Shown: positions 12,528-26,034 of the stretch, in pieces | Layout of the letters: every line of letters begins with the position of its first letter | Numbering within the stretch: the first letter of the stretch is position 1 | Assembly: GCA_964016885.1 (NCBI GenBank) | Contig: OZ024742.1 | Location: 138,508,001 to 138,572,000, forward strand | Reading direction: 5' to 3' | Length of the DNA: 64,000 bases | Origin: Eledone cirrhosa | Taxonomy: Eukaryota | The notes under the pieces: model-generated | What the model saw: only the letters and a program-made list of their open reading frames with translations | What the model was told of the DNA's origin: nothing | The model's database searches: none | Program-made: the position numbers and the translations under genes

Positions 12528-12947
12528 AACTGTTTCTAACATCGACACAAGAGCAGAAATTATAGAGAAGGTGTTATTCGATTAAATCAATAGGTATACT
12601 TGACTCGGACATGATTTTATTTCTAACCCGAGATTATGAAAGACAATATTTTATCTTGACTGGATTTAAACTCAGAACTTAACGAACCAGAATAATTAGC
12701 ACAAGGGAGTTTGTCCGCCGCAGTATGGAATTAACCAATTCATCTTTGTCATTAATAGTAATAATTGTTTCTACTTTTCGCACAAGGCCAGCAATTTCCC
12801 GAGTGCATTACTGGTACTTTATTTTATCAACCCCGCAAGGATGAACGGCAAAGTTAACCTCGGCGGGATTTGAACTCAGAACGTAAAGGGCCATAACTCT
12901 ATGCTACAAATCATGGCGTCCGACCTTCTACCTATACTGCCAATCCA
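12528..12947 (-). mobile_element. Two adjacent SINE copies (decayed 12528-12750, younger 12760-12947)
   Basis: The younger copy matches the consensus; the older keeps gatttaaactcagaac and a degenerate 3' end. Confidence 0.8.
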
Positions 12948-13019
12948 ATTAATATTAATTCATCAACATAACAATGGCTGTGTACTTAGGTACATTATAA
13001 AAGATATGAAAAACTGACA

Positions 13020-13310
13020 CACTGTCGGTTACAACCATGGATCATACAGTTGGTACGTTCATGGAACAACCTGCTCATGAAATTAACATGAAAGTGACAA
13101 AGCATTTCATAGACACGCGTACTCTTAACGTAGTTCTCGGGGAGATTCGGCATAATACAGAATGTGACATGCATGGCTGGCCATTCAGGTACAACTCAGC
13201 TGGGTGGAACAGAGCAACGTCAAATAAAGTGTCTTGTTCAAGGACACAACGCACCACATTAGGATCGTGTGCCAAATAAACTAACCACTAAGCCACGTAT
13301 CTTCACATAA
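13020..13310 (-). mobile_element. Older SINE of a second family, decayed
   Basis: Minus strand reads gtggcttagtggtta ... ttgtgtccttgaacaagacacttt ... ccacccagctg, a typical SINE head plus central domain. Confidence 0.55.
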
Positions 13311-16300
13311 AAGATGTCGCATTTTTATCAAGTTTAGACCGAAATAATTACTAATAGTGAAGTCAAAGAATATGCTGCTGTGACGATTCCGTCTGAGTAG
13401 AAGTACCTAAGTCTGCTTATTTCTTTTAGTAACACGATAAGATATATATTGAGGGATATTTCCCTTCTGTATTTAGCGACAACGTAAATACTGTATAATC
13501 GGCTCGTGTTCCCAGTTGTTATAGTTGTTATTTATTCGAGAGCCAGTGCTGATCTAGTGGTGGTATGAACAAAAGCATTCTAACCGTGACAAGTTCACTA
13601 TTAAAGAGGTAGATATAAGTACATAATCTACTATCTTTTCACATTAATTAAGATGGTCGGGTGAAATGTACGAGATTCGGTTGCGATTTCTAGCAGTTTC
13701 AGAAAGGTACCACACGGGCTAGTCATAAAATCTTCTATTTTGTGGCGTAAATTACGCTGCATTTTAATGTGAGCAGTCAAGTCTCTATATGATTCGCAAA
13801 CAGAGCTTCTCTTGTGCTTGTTACAACTATACAACTAGTTTTATTATTTGTTACTCCTCACCACCAAAACTGCGTGTACTATCCTTCCCATTTTACTTGT
13901 TTCTAAATCTAGGAGTTCTCCATGGCTTAATACAGAAGCGGTGGGTGTAATGAATTGAATTGGCTTTATAACAATATGTTTCTTTCTTTTTTTTTTTTTT
14001 TTCATTACTATAAATTTAAAGAATTCTAATTGTGAGCATTGAACTTGAATAGTAAGGAAATGAAATAAAATAATGTTTACAGTTTAATCACCATTCTATA
14101 ATTTTGTAATTCCATTGGACTAGCAATAATATTGACAGAAAATATGGCAAGCGTTTTAGATTTAAGTGGCATCGTTATGCCGATTTAAATCATCGATCCT
14201 CTCTCTCCATTCGTATTTGACTCATGTCCACTTCTCTTACGCCGCTTAAGCCATAAAAATATGAACTAATATTAACTCAATATCTCCCATTACCTCTTTG
14301 TCTCCGAAATATAGGACAGTTTGTGCCTTAGTGAATAATAAAACAATATTCACAGGAAATTGATACATAGTTTTAGCTCGTTAAGGGCCGAACCACTTCT
14401 TTCAAGAGAAAGCAATAAAATATACGGCGAAATCTCTCATCCACAATAACAACAGCAGGAACATTAGTAACATCAATATCAACTGCATTAACAATGTTAT
14501 CTACATGAATAAACGTACATAAAGAAAAAAATAACAGCAAAACAGGAGACACTGTTGATGATGAGACTTTTTCTACAACCACACTTTCACGTATCAATGA
14601 TTCACCACGTTTGTATGCGTATGGATTTGTATGTCTGAGTATGTATCTGTGTCGTTATTATTGTGGTTCTGTGTCTCACTCTGTCTATGCCGGAGTGTGT
14701 ATGCGTGTTATTTTTTATTATTTTTCTGTATAATTCGTGGAGGACTGAAGATAACGTTGCTAGCCTTAATGTTCGTGATTGAATAATGGATTATACGTTT
14801 AGAAAACTATAAACCTTTATTTATTGTCAACGTGACGGCTAGTTCCCCCGCAATACTCCGTCCCCTCTTTATTTGCTGGAACTAATCTGTTAAATGGATC
14901 TGCACTGTTCTAGCTTATTTCAGCAATGACTCAACACTTTTCCGAAAATATTTACACTTTTGTACTCTCACTCTCTCTTTCTCTCTCTCTCTCTATCTAT
15001 CTATATCGTCACTCTCTCTCTCTTTCTATCTATCTCTCTCTCTCTCTTTCTCTCTTGCATGTATATATGTAGGTTCTGCTAGTTTTATATTTCAAGTTTT
15101 CCCCCCCAATGGGAAACAGTCCATATCTAACCCAGATAAAAAAACACTTTCCTTGGAATTTAGACAAGTTTATCTGGCTAGTGATTTACATGCATGCGGC
15201 TGTACACACACACACAGACATACGCATACACACGCACATACACACACTTATATATATATTCTTTATATATATATATATTCTTTTAATCATATATGTAGAC
15301 CAACAAATGTTCCAGATTTTTTTTTTGCTCTCGATAAAATATCCTAAATGAAAATTTTCAATTAACTGGAAACAATAAATCCCTAAAGAATGTTACAGCT
15401 AAACAGCCAAAACAACTCACGTCAAAATGGCTGTTTAAGAAATAATGTGGTTAATTCTTTCTTAATTAGCCCCATCCAATACATTTACACATACAATAAG
15501 TTAATACTATGAGTGTTATATAACGGTATGGGGTTGGATAAGCCAATTGTATGTAACAACGAGGGTTTGGAACATGAATGTTATAAAAAAAAGACACGTT
15601 AAAAAAAAGAACATAAAACTGTAGCTATAAAGAAAACTTAAGATATTAAATGAGATATTATTTAAGGGAGCATGAGAAACATTTCGGTGAACTCGACTTA
15701 TGTCAGGTGAAAGTACAATACGGCTCCAGCCTCATATACAGCTGTAAGTTTCTGCAAATATATTTTGCATATGGCTAGGCAAAAAAACATTATATGTCCT
15801 TCAGGTATACATTCTACAATTGGTGGTACGTTTTCCTGACAATTTCCTAATTTAACCTTAAGTTATGTGTCTCTTGTAAATAATTCCATACGTTGTTATT
15901 CGGCTCGATTATTTGATCGGGCAGTGTTTTACTTATTTTAAATGACCGTTAAATATTTCACGTCGTCATGCGTTTGACTTTTCCATGCTTTTTTATTTAG
16001 TTCTACATACTACAGCTGAGTCTCCTTTCTTTTCTCGGCAGTTAACCTTTCAACATACACAAGGTAGAACGTATAGTTTAAAAGATAAATTGAGAACACT
16101 CGGTGTTTTCCGAGTGTTGGGGAGAAGGTAATATCTTGGGTTAAACGCGGTACTGCAATCGTGTGAGATCACTGTTGCTACACGAGTTGCAAATTCAAGA
16201 TTCAGCTATTATCACTTCTTTCGGTTATTCTGGCACTGAATCTGCTAACCCATAGACACCGTCAAAGATATTCAAATATATATAAACGTTTATATATAGA

Positions 16301-16573
16301 GAGAAGTGGTAAAATCATAGTGTGGTTCATCGTAGAGGTGCACCTGAAAGCACATAGAATATATTTATGTATAATAAATATACGAGCATTTCAATATGAT
16401 TTTTTAAAAGCTGATCACAACACAGTTATCCTATTAGCAGAGTTGTGTCATTAACAGAGATTTAAGAAATCCAAAGCGGGTCTCTCGAAATGCTTATTAT
16501 ATATAAACACATATGCTTTCATATAAATTCCTATGACTTTTCCAATAAAACATATATATATATAACGTGTATA

Positions 16574-16637
<64 letters not shown>

Positions 16638-16638
16638 C

Positions 16639-16672
<34 letters not shown>

Positions 16673-16959
16673 AATTCCTTATATTTATCTCCAAATTATT
16701 TGTTGAGCAAAACTTGCCGAAATTACTACTATGGTTCATGGTAGTAGTTAGGCTCTTGTCTTATTCAACTCCACTCCTCACTGATTAACCTTAGTGTCAC
16801 GTGATTGATTCTTTAGAATTTGCCACTGACCAAGTAGGCAGTGAATTTTTTCAGTGCCCTGGAATCTAGTCCCCGCTCGCTTTTTCCCATCCACTGAATT
16901 ATTATTTTTATATGGATTCCTAGTGTCCGCGCATTGCCTGGGAACTTAGCTGAGAATAG

Positions 16960-17041
16960 ACTCCCTGATGACGTAAGGATTTCTCTATGGTTGCGTTGCG
17001 TAACTATATTTATTCCCTTACAGAAACTAATTAGTTGGAGT
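16960..17041 (+). ncRNA. Type I hammerhead ribozyme motif
   Basis: actcc-CTGATGA-c gtaagg(long loop)ccttac a-GAA-actaattagt-T-ggagt: perfectly palindromic stem III, within a (TA)n-flanked ~430-bp segment. Confidence 0.78.
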
Positions 17042-17089
17042 GAAAATTTTAGCAAGTAAGTTAATTTTTAAATTTTCTTATTTTACGTC

Positions 17090-17124
<35 letters not shown>

Positions 17125-18338
17125 CACGGTGCGGACGGTTTTTGAGGACAGATTTATGGTTTAACAAAACGCTTATATAATAACAGAAAAAAACTGTATT
17201 CTTATAAAAACAACATAAACATAAAGCTAAATTATCAATTTAATAATTTCATTCAATAAAACACCATAAGCATCAATAACTGCCTCTACACGGGGTCGAA
17301 ATCGTTTGCAAGCTCGGATTAAGTGGGCTTTATTCATATCGGACATGACTCGAATTATGGCGGCATTCAAATAATCTTTGGTGCTATGGGGGTGTTCATT
17401 GACTTCTCAACGATGCTCCATACATAGTCCAGTGGATTGAGATCTGGAGAATTAGGAGACCAAATGTTGGGGGTGATGTGATCATGCAAATTGTCAACCA
17501 TCCATTCTTGTGTCATTTGAGCCTTGTGTGATGGTTCAGAATCTTGTTGAAAGACATAAGGCCTTCCATTGCATACACTGTTGTTCCAAGGCTTAACCAC
17601 TTTATCCAGAACCTCAATATATGCAGCAACATTCACCCTAAGGCCTTGTGGAAAAAAAGTGAGGAGGCATCACATGTCCTTCATTGCTAACAAGACCCAA
17701 GACCATGACACTTGCAGGAAATTGTGTGTGCATTACTCTTGGAACCTCAGAAGCGTCTGCACATAGCCACCTGTCATTTCTTCTGTTTTGTGGTCCTGGT
17801 CAAAGTTTTTCTCATCTGAGAAAAACCAAATCACACCATCTTCTGATGGATTTTTAAGTTTGTTTATATGTCTTTTGGATCTGATTAAACGCTTTTCTTT
17901 TATTTTTTCTGACATGAATCGACCTCTCCTCATCACGTAAGATTTGTATCTGATGTCTTCTTGCACAACATTTCTGATTGTTTTTTCTGACACATCAACA
18001 TTTTTTGCAATTGACCTCATTGATTTTCCTGGATTATCATCACTGTTTTGCTTAACTTCCTGAATAAATTCAGGTGTTCTTTAGGATCGGAGCGTTTGGA
18101 ATGTTTTTTTCTCTAACTCACACCGAATCTTGTGGACAAAAGATCTTGCAACTTTCAGAAAAGCAGAAATTTTTAAACACCCATGCTTAGCGTTCAAAGA
18201 CATAATCACAACATGCCTTTTCATTTTATTAGTAAGCATAGTTATTTTCATTGTTATTTTCTGAAATAGAAGTTCAATAAAAATTAGTCAAATAAAATAA
18301 TGACTAAAAATACATGTGTCCTCAAATACCGTCCGCAC

Positions 18339-18342
<4 letters not shown>
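17125..18342 (-). mobile_element. Tc1/mariner element, DD37D (maT) family, full length, degraded
   Basis: TIRs cacggtgcggacggtttttgaggaca / tgtcctcaaataccgtccgcactctg, TA-flanked inside (TA)n runs. Confidence 0.92.
17249..18251 (-). pseudogene. DD37D transposase, frameshifted
   Basis: HTH 'MRSIAKNVDVSEKTIRNVV', 'WFFSDEK', 'FQQDSEPSH...WSPNSPDLNPLDY'; 37 residues counted between the second and third Asp. Confidence 0.88.
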
Positions 18343-18385
<43 letters not shown>

Positions 18386-18495
18386 CGTTTCTGAATTTGT
18401 TTAGCAAGATTCTTTATCTGAAATCGTGTGTTGAAACCGATATTGTTATACTTATTGGCAACACGACCCTCCCAAAGTATAACAATATATATATA

Positions 18496-18569
<74 letters not shown>

Positions 18570-18669
18570 GAGGTTATATTTAATTTTTTGGGATTCAACA
18601 AGCTTAAAAATGTTTATAACTGATATAAAGCACTCAACAATTTAGTGGAGTAAATACACAATATATTAA

Positions 18670-18854
18670 TTGTTTCTACTTTTGGCACAAGGCCAGCAAT
18701 TACCCAGTACATTACTGGTACTTTATTTTATCGACCCCGTAAGGATGAAAGGCAAAGTTAACCTCGGCGGGATTTGAACTCAGACCGCAAAGGGACGTAA
18801 CTATGCTGGAAAGCATGGCGTCCGACTCTCTACCGATACTGCCAATCCACCGCC
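18670..18854 (-). mobile_element. tRNA-derived SINE
   Basis: Consensus match; TSD aaatacacaatatattaat on both sides. Confidence 0.92.
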
Positions 18855-18918
18855 CTTGGTGGCCCTTGAAATACACAATATATTAATAAATGGAAACTAT
18901 ATTTATAAAACCATATTT

Positions 18919-18982
18919 ATTTTATTATACATATTTCAAGGGCCATCAAGGCAAATTATGCTGCGCTTTCATCAGATAAAAT
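18919..18982 (-). ncRNA. Type I hammerhead motif (left arm of palindrome)
   Basis: Minus strand: attttat-CTGATGA-aagcgc...ccctt-GAA-atatgtat-A-ataaaat. Confidence 0.75.
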
Positions 18983-19177
18983 ACAGATTTGTTTTATAAA
19001 TAAATATTGACATACCCGAAAAAAAAAAGACAACCTTATCGGTTGGAGCTTCCTGGATAGTGGAGATATTACATTTATTGAGGGTGATGTAATATCTCCA
19101 CTATCCAGGAAGCTCCAACCGTTAAGGTTGTCTTTTTTTTCCGGGTATGTCAATATTTATTTATAAAACAAATCTGT

Positions 19178-19241
19178 ATTTTATCTGATGAAAGCGCACC
19201 ATAATTTGCCTTGGTGGCCCTTGAAATAAGTATAATAAAAT
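19178..19241 (+). ncRNA. Type I hammerhead motif (right arm of palindrome)
   Basis: attttat-CTGATGA-aagcgcacca...tggtggccctt-GAA-ataagtat-A-ataaaat. Confidence 0.75.
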
Positions 19242-19280
19242 AAATATGGTTTTATAAATATAGTTTCCATTTATTAATAT

Positions 19281-19330
<50 letters not shown>

Positions 19331-19473
19331 AAATTTAGTATAGCATCAACGAAGCCATGGTTGCAGCCAAGCTAACGAATGCAGTTTCGGTGTGCAGCTA
19401 AGCACTCGGATAGGGTATATAACCCTAGAGTTATAACATTACGTTTAGACAGCTTTGCAAAATGAATACAGCG

Positions 19474-19543
<70 letters not shown>

Positions 19544-19759
19544 ATACTTGGGGAGGGTCATATTTGCGTAATATTGCCAGAATTAATAACAGAACACACT
19601 CACTGTTTGGTTGGTTTTGCTTCTCGCTGTCTTTTATATCTGCGATCTAACTTACTCGACACACGATTTCATATAAAAAACCTCGCTAAACTAATTCATC
19701 GCCGCTATATATATATATATATATATATATAATGGTAGCTAAGATGCTTCCATAGGTTG

Positions 19760-19876
19760 TGAGTCTATAGTCAGGTTGATCCACACACAGATCGCACCTC
19801 GAGCTGTTCGCCGGGGAAACAATTGTAACACACAATAAATCGAGGTCCGATGCACCACTGATTTTTCGTTTTCCAT

Positions 19877-19930
<54 letters not shown>

Positions 19931-20120
19931 TAATGGTAGCTAATATGCTTCCATACGCGGTATGCCGGTTGAGCACTCTATGCCCTACGGTGCAGAGTAT
20001 TATAGAATGGAAAACGAAAAATCAGTGATGCATTGGAACTCAAATCATTGTGTTCCAATTGTTTCCCCGGCGAACAGCTTGAGGTGCGATTTGTGTGTGG
20101 ATCGATCTGACTCTAAACTC
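19760..20120. repeat. Inverted repeat (~115-bp arms) at the 3' end of the minus-strand PLE
   Basis: 19760-19878 is an imperfect reverse complement of 20005-20120; direct repeat aatggtagctaa.atgcttccata at 19731 and 19932. Confidence 0.75.
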
Positions 20121-20239
20121 GCAGGTTTCTTGGACACGTCTATTGATTTCGGAGCATGTCCTCTTTCTGGGGTTCCTGACCCTACAGGTCTGTATCGTCC
20201 ATCTTCATCCGCTTTGCGCGTCCTTGTGTTGGTTACTGG

Positions 20240-20743
20240 TTAGTGACGTCATCATTATTCTGACCACTGGTAGCAAGCCTGCTGACCATCAGGGCGTGAG
20301 CTGTCATTCCCCCACTGTCCCGTCGGAAAAATTACTGCTCTTTGTCAGCTCGCACTCCCACTCGCACACACAGACACAGAGATACTGACAGATACTTACA
20401 GAGTAGCTTGTGTACTTACGTCCACACATGCATGCCCAGAGGCATACCCAAATATCCGTGTGTACAGACACACATAAATAGTCAAACAAATATACGCATA
20501 CATGCATACAGAGTGGCACACACACACACACGCGTGCGTGTATATACGCATGCATATACACAGACACACACACACATAGACGCACCCGTATATATACATG
20601 CACACACACACACACACACGTACGCGATCGTACATATACATACACATACACGGGCAGATATATATACATACATACACATACATACATATACATTCACATA
20701 TATGCACATCTGCACCTACATACATGCCTATATACACACATAC

Positions 20744-20778
<35 letters not shown>

Positions 20779-20821
20779 CACACTTACCCTCATGCCCGCA
20801 CACTTATACACATATACGTCT

Positions 20822-20901
<80 letters not shown>

Positions 20902-22140
20902 ATACCTTTATATATCTTTTTTCCCTACACGTGTGCATACACACATACACAGACTCGCATATATATTCTCACGCATATGTATATATGTATATACACACAT
21001 CTACTCACACATAAAAAAATATGCAAAAAATACATCTAAGAAAAGCATATAAAGTTATACATGGGGCTGTACATGCAAAAATGCACCTTGTTGTAGGTGC
21101 TGACAGAGTTGATATTATGTTGCCAACGTTCATTAATCCACGTATAGACACCTCAAGTAAGGCCACATATGGGGAGTTCATGGTATAAATGTAAAGGGTA
21201 TGCCCAAACCCTATATAGAAAATGCTTGCAGGATATGTAAAAAATGTTTGCAGAATATATTTTAAAAAATACATACATCTGAATTATATAAGAAAAGTAT
21301 ACACCGATATACATTGGTTTGTACATGGAAAAGTACATGTGGTGTTACGTAAAGGAGTGCGTGGAGAATATGTACACACCGCCGAAAAGATACGCATGCA
21401 GAGAGTGCGTGAACAGGCCATAGTGGAACATGTCACTGTGGGTGAGATAGAGTGCCTTATTGATATATGGTACGGGACTGAATATCCGTGGAGGTTGAGC
21501 CACCGGGTCCCAGCTCATGCGCTGTTGTTGCCTAGGATGCCGTGCCGAGTCCGATAGGCAGCATAGATTGCGTCTACTTACCCCACAAGGCATACATAGT
21601 CAACAAGGTATGGTGTCTGATCCCTTGGACCCGCGCCGTCGCTCAGACCGGCGACCGCCACCCCGCATGCATTTAGCTTGGGCTGTCCGGTTGCGTCCAT
21701 GCGGAGATTGTACACCTTCTCTGGTGTCTGCACGTCATGATAATCTCCGATTTCAGGTTGACCGCATCATCCCTCAATCTGCCTACCTCCATGGCCTCGG
21801 ATAGGCATAGCCTACACGTCCTGATTCCAGCCGAATATGCATTTGCATGTTGAACGATACTCCAGTTGAGATCATACGGGGTGCCGTTGTCTTTCAAATC
21901 CCATATTAGGTCCGCCAACCTAGTGGAGTGTCTCTTGCTCCGGTCCTTGAAAGAGTTTGTGTGATTATACATCCTCGATTTAAAGGTCGTGGATGTTGCG
22001 CCGGTGTAGGTGCGCTTGGTGTTGTGCGTGTAAACCACACATTTATATACTAGGCCCTTCATTAAGCATCTTCTGTGCATTGTGTGCCCGCTCTACAGTT
22101 TCATGTTTGGTCGTTATGTTGCGACCGAACATGCAACTGC
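20240..22140 (-). mobile_element. 5'-truncated Penelope-like element
   Basis: GIY-YIG ORF followed by a long microsatellite-rich 3' region; the 5' end abuts a short hairpin at 22141-22177. Confidence 0.7.
21673..22080 (-). CDS. GIY-YIG endonuclease domain of a PLE (fragment)
   Basis: 'CLMKGLVYKC...TYTGATSTTFKSRMYNHTNSF...LADLIWDLK...LNWSIV...CRLCLSE...NLKSEIIMTCRH'. Confidence 0.88.
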   Translation of the reverse strand: MHRRCLMKGLVYKCVVYTHNTKRTYTGATSTTFKSRMYNHTNSFKDRSKRHSTRLADLIWDLKDNGTPYDLNWSIVQHANAYSAGIRTCRLCLSEAMEVGRLRDDAVNLKSEIIMTCRHQRRCTISAWTQPDSPS

Positions 22141-22446
22141 GACGGCTATTTCTGGACTGAATCCAGAAATAGCCGTCTGAATCTAGAACATCAAAGAAAT
22201 GGTAGTCGCAGCATTTGAAAATGGAGTTTCTGCAATAAAATAATTATCAATTTGCACATAGCATGACTAGGCTGTATAACTACTGTTGAAACATTTGTAA
22301 GCACTCGGAATAAATTACCCTTTTATGATGTCTACCTGTTATTATTCATTCTTTATATATATATATACCACCACCCCACTCTCAAGAGCGTGAAATTAAT
22401 AAACCATGGTTCGTACTGCCTCTCTGTTTTGTTCCTGTTCAATTTT

Positions 22447-22487
<41 letters not shown>

Positions 22488-22672
22488 GTATGCGTGTGTG
22501 TGTGTGTGTGTGAGTCCCTGGTTCAATCGAGGGTAACCACAGTAAGTAAGGTACTCAATACATAGTAGAGTATATACAAGATTTAATATAGAAATCCCAC
22601 TCTCAGGCGTGAACCTAATGCCAACACTGTTCGTAACTACACACCTTGTTATTGTTTACTTTTTTACTTATC

Positions 22673-22773
<101 letters not shown>

Positions 22774-23348
22774 AATACACACATCATCATTATTTGATGT
22801 CTCCGCCTGCACCAGGTTGCGCACTAATATGACATAGTTCGTTCTTAAGTTTCCTATTTTTCGTGGCTTCATTTAGTTCATCGAAGTTTAGACACACTAA
22901 TTATCGACATGGTCTCGCCACCGCATCTGTAGCATGCTACTAATTCTTTATACCCTGATTTTTACCATTCATATGTGTTTCAGAAAAACATTTTGGGTTG
23001 TTTTACGTGAACAGAATTGTGCTTTTGATGATGCACATTAGAAGAAATAAATAGTTTAACAGTTTCTAGCACATCCACAGTTTTTATATAGTCGTATAGT
23101 TTTACTTTTCTAATGAACGTCATTATATTATTTTGAAAAATCTTGACATAACTAATAAGAGATGAGGACCCGTTCACACACTCAAAACTGGTGGCAGGTG
23201 GAACATACGTGTTATAGATTTTTCATTAGATACAAAATTTTTATCGTTCTGAAGTTAAAAGTCTATTTCGACCATAAACTCTAAATCACTAAGGCTGCAG
23301 AATGGGTTTAGGCAAGGCAGCTTTTACGAAAACCAGGAAACTTTTAGA

Positions 23349-23422
<74 letters not shown>

Positions 23423-23479
23423 GCGCGCGCATATAGACACCTGTAGACACATGTAGACACCTCAGGTCCGGCCTTCTTC

Positions 23480-23690
23480 TAGCTATATGGGCAACAACAA
23501 CGCATTGGGAAGGGAACTTCCCTCAAGCTATAGGGACAGTAGCCCCGCCACACCGAGCCCACGGTAAACCACCCCCTACACTTTCACCACCCCTACCCCT
23601 GCCTCGATCGACTTCTATGGCAGCACAGACTTATGCATATGTCCATACATAGATCCTGTTATTTAAGATTGTACATTCACTGATACTTAC

Positions 23691-23731
<41 letters not shown>

Positions 23732-24136
23732 TGTGTGTGTGTGGGTGTGTGTGCGAGTATATATATACATATATATATATGTGGGTGTGTGTGTGTGTTT
23801 GTATAATCCGCGTGTGTGGGTGGGTGTGAATATGGGATGCACCTGGGCCCATGTTGGTGCGTGTCGGCTTGCAACGATATGGGTTGACATACACACATAT
23901 GTACTCTATGCCGAATTAAAAACTGCATTTCCGGATTTTGACACTCAGGTTATGGTGTTTTACACTCCACTCTTGCCTCATTTGCTCTTAAAACGCACCA
24001 CCCCATGATAGTGTAAATATCGTAATCCTTTACATTTTCCGATTCTGACACATAGCCTTTATACTTCAGTCAATATTTTCCAAATCTTTCAAACTTTAAT
24101 ATTGGCTATAACACACACGCATTCTATTTTATTCAT

Positions 24137-24175
<39 letters not shown>

Positions 24176-24790
24176 CTTCTTCATTTTATTGTATCGTATC
24201 TTATTATTTTATTATTTATTTTATCTTATTTTTTATATTTTATTTCTTCATTTTACCTTATATGATTCAATTATCTGTTTGGCACCCCCCACCACGTGAA
24301 AGGGTGGTAGGATTGATGCCAACCCACATACACTCATTCTTCTAAAGACAGCAGCAGTAGAACTAGGGATGACCTGCCAGCTGACCCCCCTAACACCAAT
24401 AAACACAAGGGAGGAGGTCAGCTGTACTTAACAAAAACAACCACAACAGATTGTCTTGCCTCATAAAAACATTTCTATAGACTTTTGACTAAGGAATGTT
24501 CTCACAACTGACCAACGGGAGGAGAGAGTGTCCTATGATGCCGAAATTCGTTTGTTCGAATTCATATGATTCCAGTTCCTCAGAGAAATAACAACCCAAC
24601 CAGGAGCTGGACATATCGGAGTATTTGACGGAGTAAAACACTTTAACAACATGTGTACCTGTCTCTACCACACAAATTCGAGCTGCCTGAAGAGGTCACA
24701 GCCAATGATGGCTGTCACCGAAATATATATAGCAGTACATCTTTAATAAACGAAGCCAAATCTTAAATATTTGACTTAATTACTTTATTT
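23480..24790 (+). mobile_element. PLE extreme 3' end plus pLTR-like region
   Basis: Starts with 'NNNALGRELPSSYR', like a PLE ORF C-terminus, and ends with a clean HHR shortly before an AT/TA tract. Confidence 0.55.
24682..24736 (+). ncRNA. Type I hammerhead ribozyme motif
   Basis: gctgc-CTGAAGA-ggt c acagcca(atga)tggctgt c acc-GAA-atatatat-A-gcagt: canonical G-C opening of stem II, palindromic stem III. Confidence 0.85.
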
Positions 24791-24799
24791 TATATATAT

Positions 24800-25195
24800 A
24801 TATGAGAGTATTGAAGTTTGCTTGAAACATTGTGGAATAATAAGATTTTTTTGGGATGTTTTGGAAGCCTCAACAATGCAGATGGATAAATCTCCGAGTA
24901 ACAAAATCCGGGTAACAACAGGGGCCACGTACCGTTCCTCTCCGACAGATAACCCCCCCCCCCCCCCCCGGAAAAACAAAAGTTGATGGATGCGAATCCG
25001 AAATATAGGGACAATTAAATCTCTCCCAAGGTAACTCTATCTCGTCTTATTATTTTTATTTTTTACGCTCTTACCTACGTTCCTCTACACACTATACATC
25101 TCATTCTACATTCCCTTACATCTATCTCTTCACCACCGGATTCTGTTACCCGGAGATTTACCCATCTACATTGCTGAGTCTTCCAAAACGACAAA
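24800..25195. repeat. Dispersed repeat with partial inverted duplication
   Basis: 24857-24915 is inverted at 25135-25190; second copy at 26795-27100. Both copies carry a decayed HHR-like gga tgcgaa tcc GAAA tata. Confidence 0.7.
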
Positions 25196-25220
25196 ATAAA
25201 AAAAATATATATAGTGTAGA

Positions 25221-25721
25221 ATGGCCCTGGGAAAGACCCGTTTAAAGATTAAAGATAGAAAAGCCAGGAACTACCATAAAATCCCTGATCATCAAAACAT
25301 AACCTTTAAAAAAACCAACTGCACTAATAGGAAATGGGTTATATGTAAAGTAAACCCCCAGATAAACTGTAAAACTAAAAACGTAGTCTATAGCATAAGA
25401 TGTACAGAGGGTACTTGCAGAAACATGACAGCAACATACATAGGCGAGACAGCTCGTATCATAGGAGAAATAATAGACCAGCACTGGGGGGAACTAAAAG
25501 GTCGAAAAAACGGTTTAGTACTATACGAACACGCCAGACAACAACATGACGGTAACATAAACAACATAGAAATTAAAATAATATCTAAACATAGAAATGA
25601 CCTAGCAGATAGGCAAATCAGAGAGGCAAGCGAAATAGAGCTTAGAAGGCCAAAGCTAAACAGAAAAAATGAATGGAATAACAACACCCAAACAAACAAT
25701 ACTGACTTAAGAGAAAAATAA
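25221..25721 (+). CDS. GIY-YIG endonuclease domain of a PLE (second subtype, fragment)
   Basis: 'INCKTKNVVYSIRC...TYIGETAR...DQH...LYEHA...RQIREASEI...PKLNRKNEW'. Decayed HHR-like ctgatgt..gttgca gatg tgcaac GAAA at ~25962. Confidence 0.88.
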   Translation: MALGKTRLKIKDRKARNYHKIPDHQNITFKKTNCTNRKWVICKVNPQINCKTKNVVYSIRCTEGTCRNMTATYIGETARIIGEIIDQHWGELKGRKNGLVLYEHARQQHDGNINNIEIKIISKHRNDLADRQIREASEIELRRPKLNRKNEWNNNTQTNNTDLREK

Positions 25722-26034
25722 ATAAATAAATAAATATATATATACACAAGCACAATAAAAACAAACACATATAAACACGCACTAGTAAACTAAGATAGAA
25801 TACAATAAACAAAACAGAGTTGCCCAAACACGAGCACACACCAAACGCTATACACACACGCAAACGCATGCGCAGAGAAGACAAAAATAAATAAATAAAT
25901 AAACAGATAAAATTAAAATGGCGTAGACATATAATACAACAGGAGGAACATAATAGTACCACTGATGTTGTTGCAGATGTGCAACGAAAGAACTTTGTTT
26001 GTTTATATGTATGTGTTTATATCTATATTATATC

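Larger units (their letters stand above)
18565..19286. mobile_element. HHR-bearing fold-back element (PLE pLTR-like), copy 1, interrupted by a SINE
   Basis: Arms 18875-19074 and 19087-19286 with a 12-nt loop; the left arm continues (18565-18669) to (TA)n. Homologous to 55701-56158. Confidence 0.85.

Noticed and set aside
19790-19835. GAAACAATTGTA, resembling an HHR 3' half
   Set aside because: No matching CTGAnGA or stem I found upstream in either arm.
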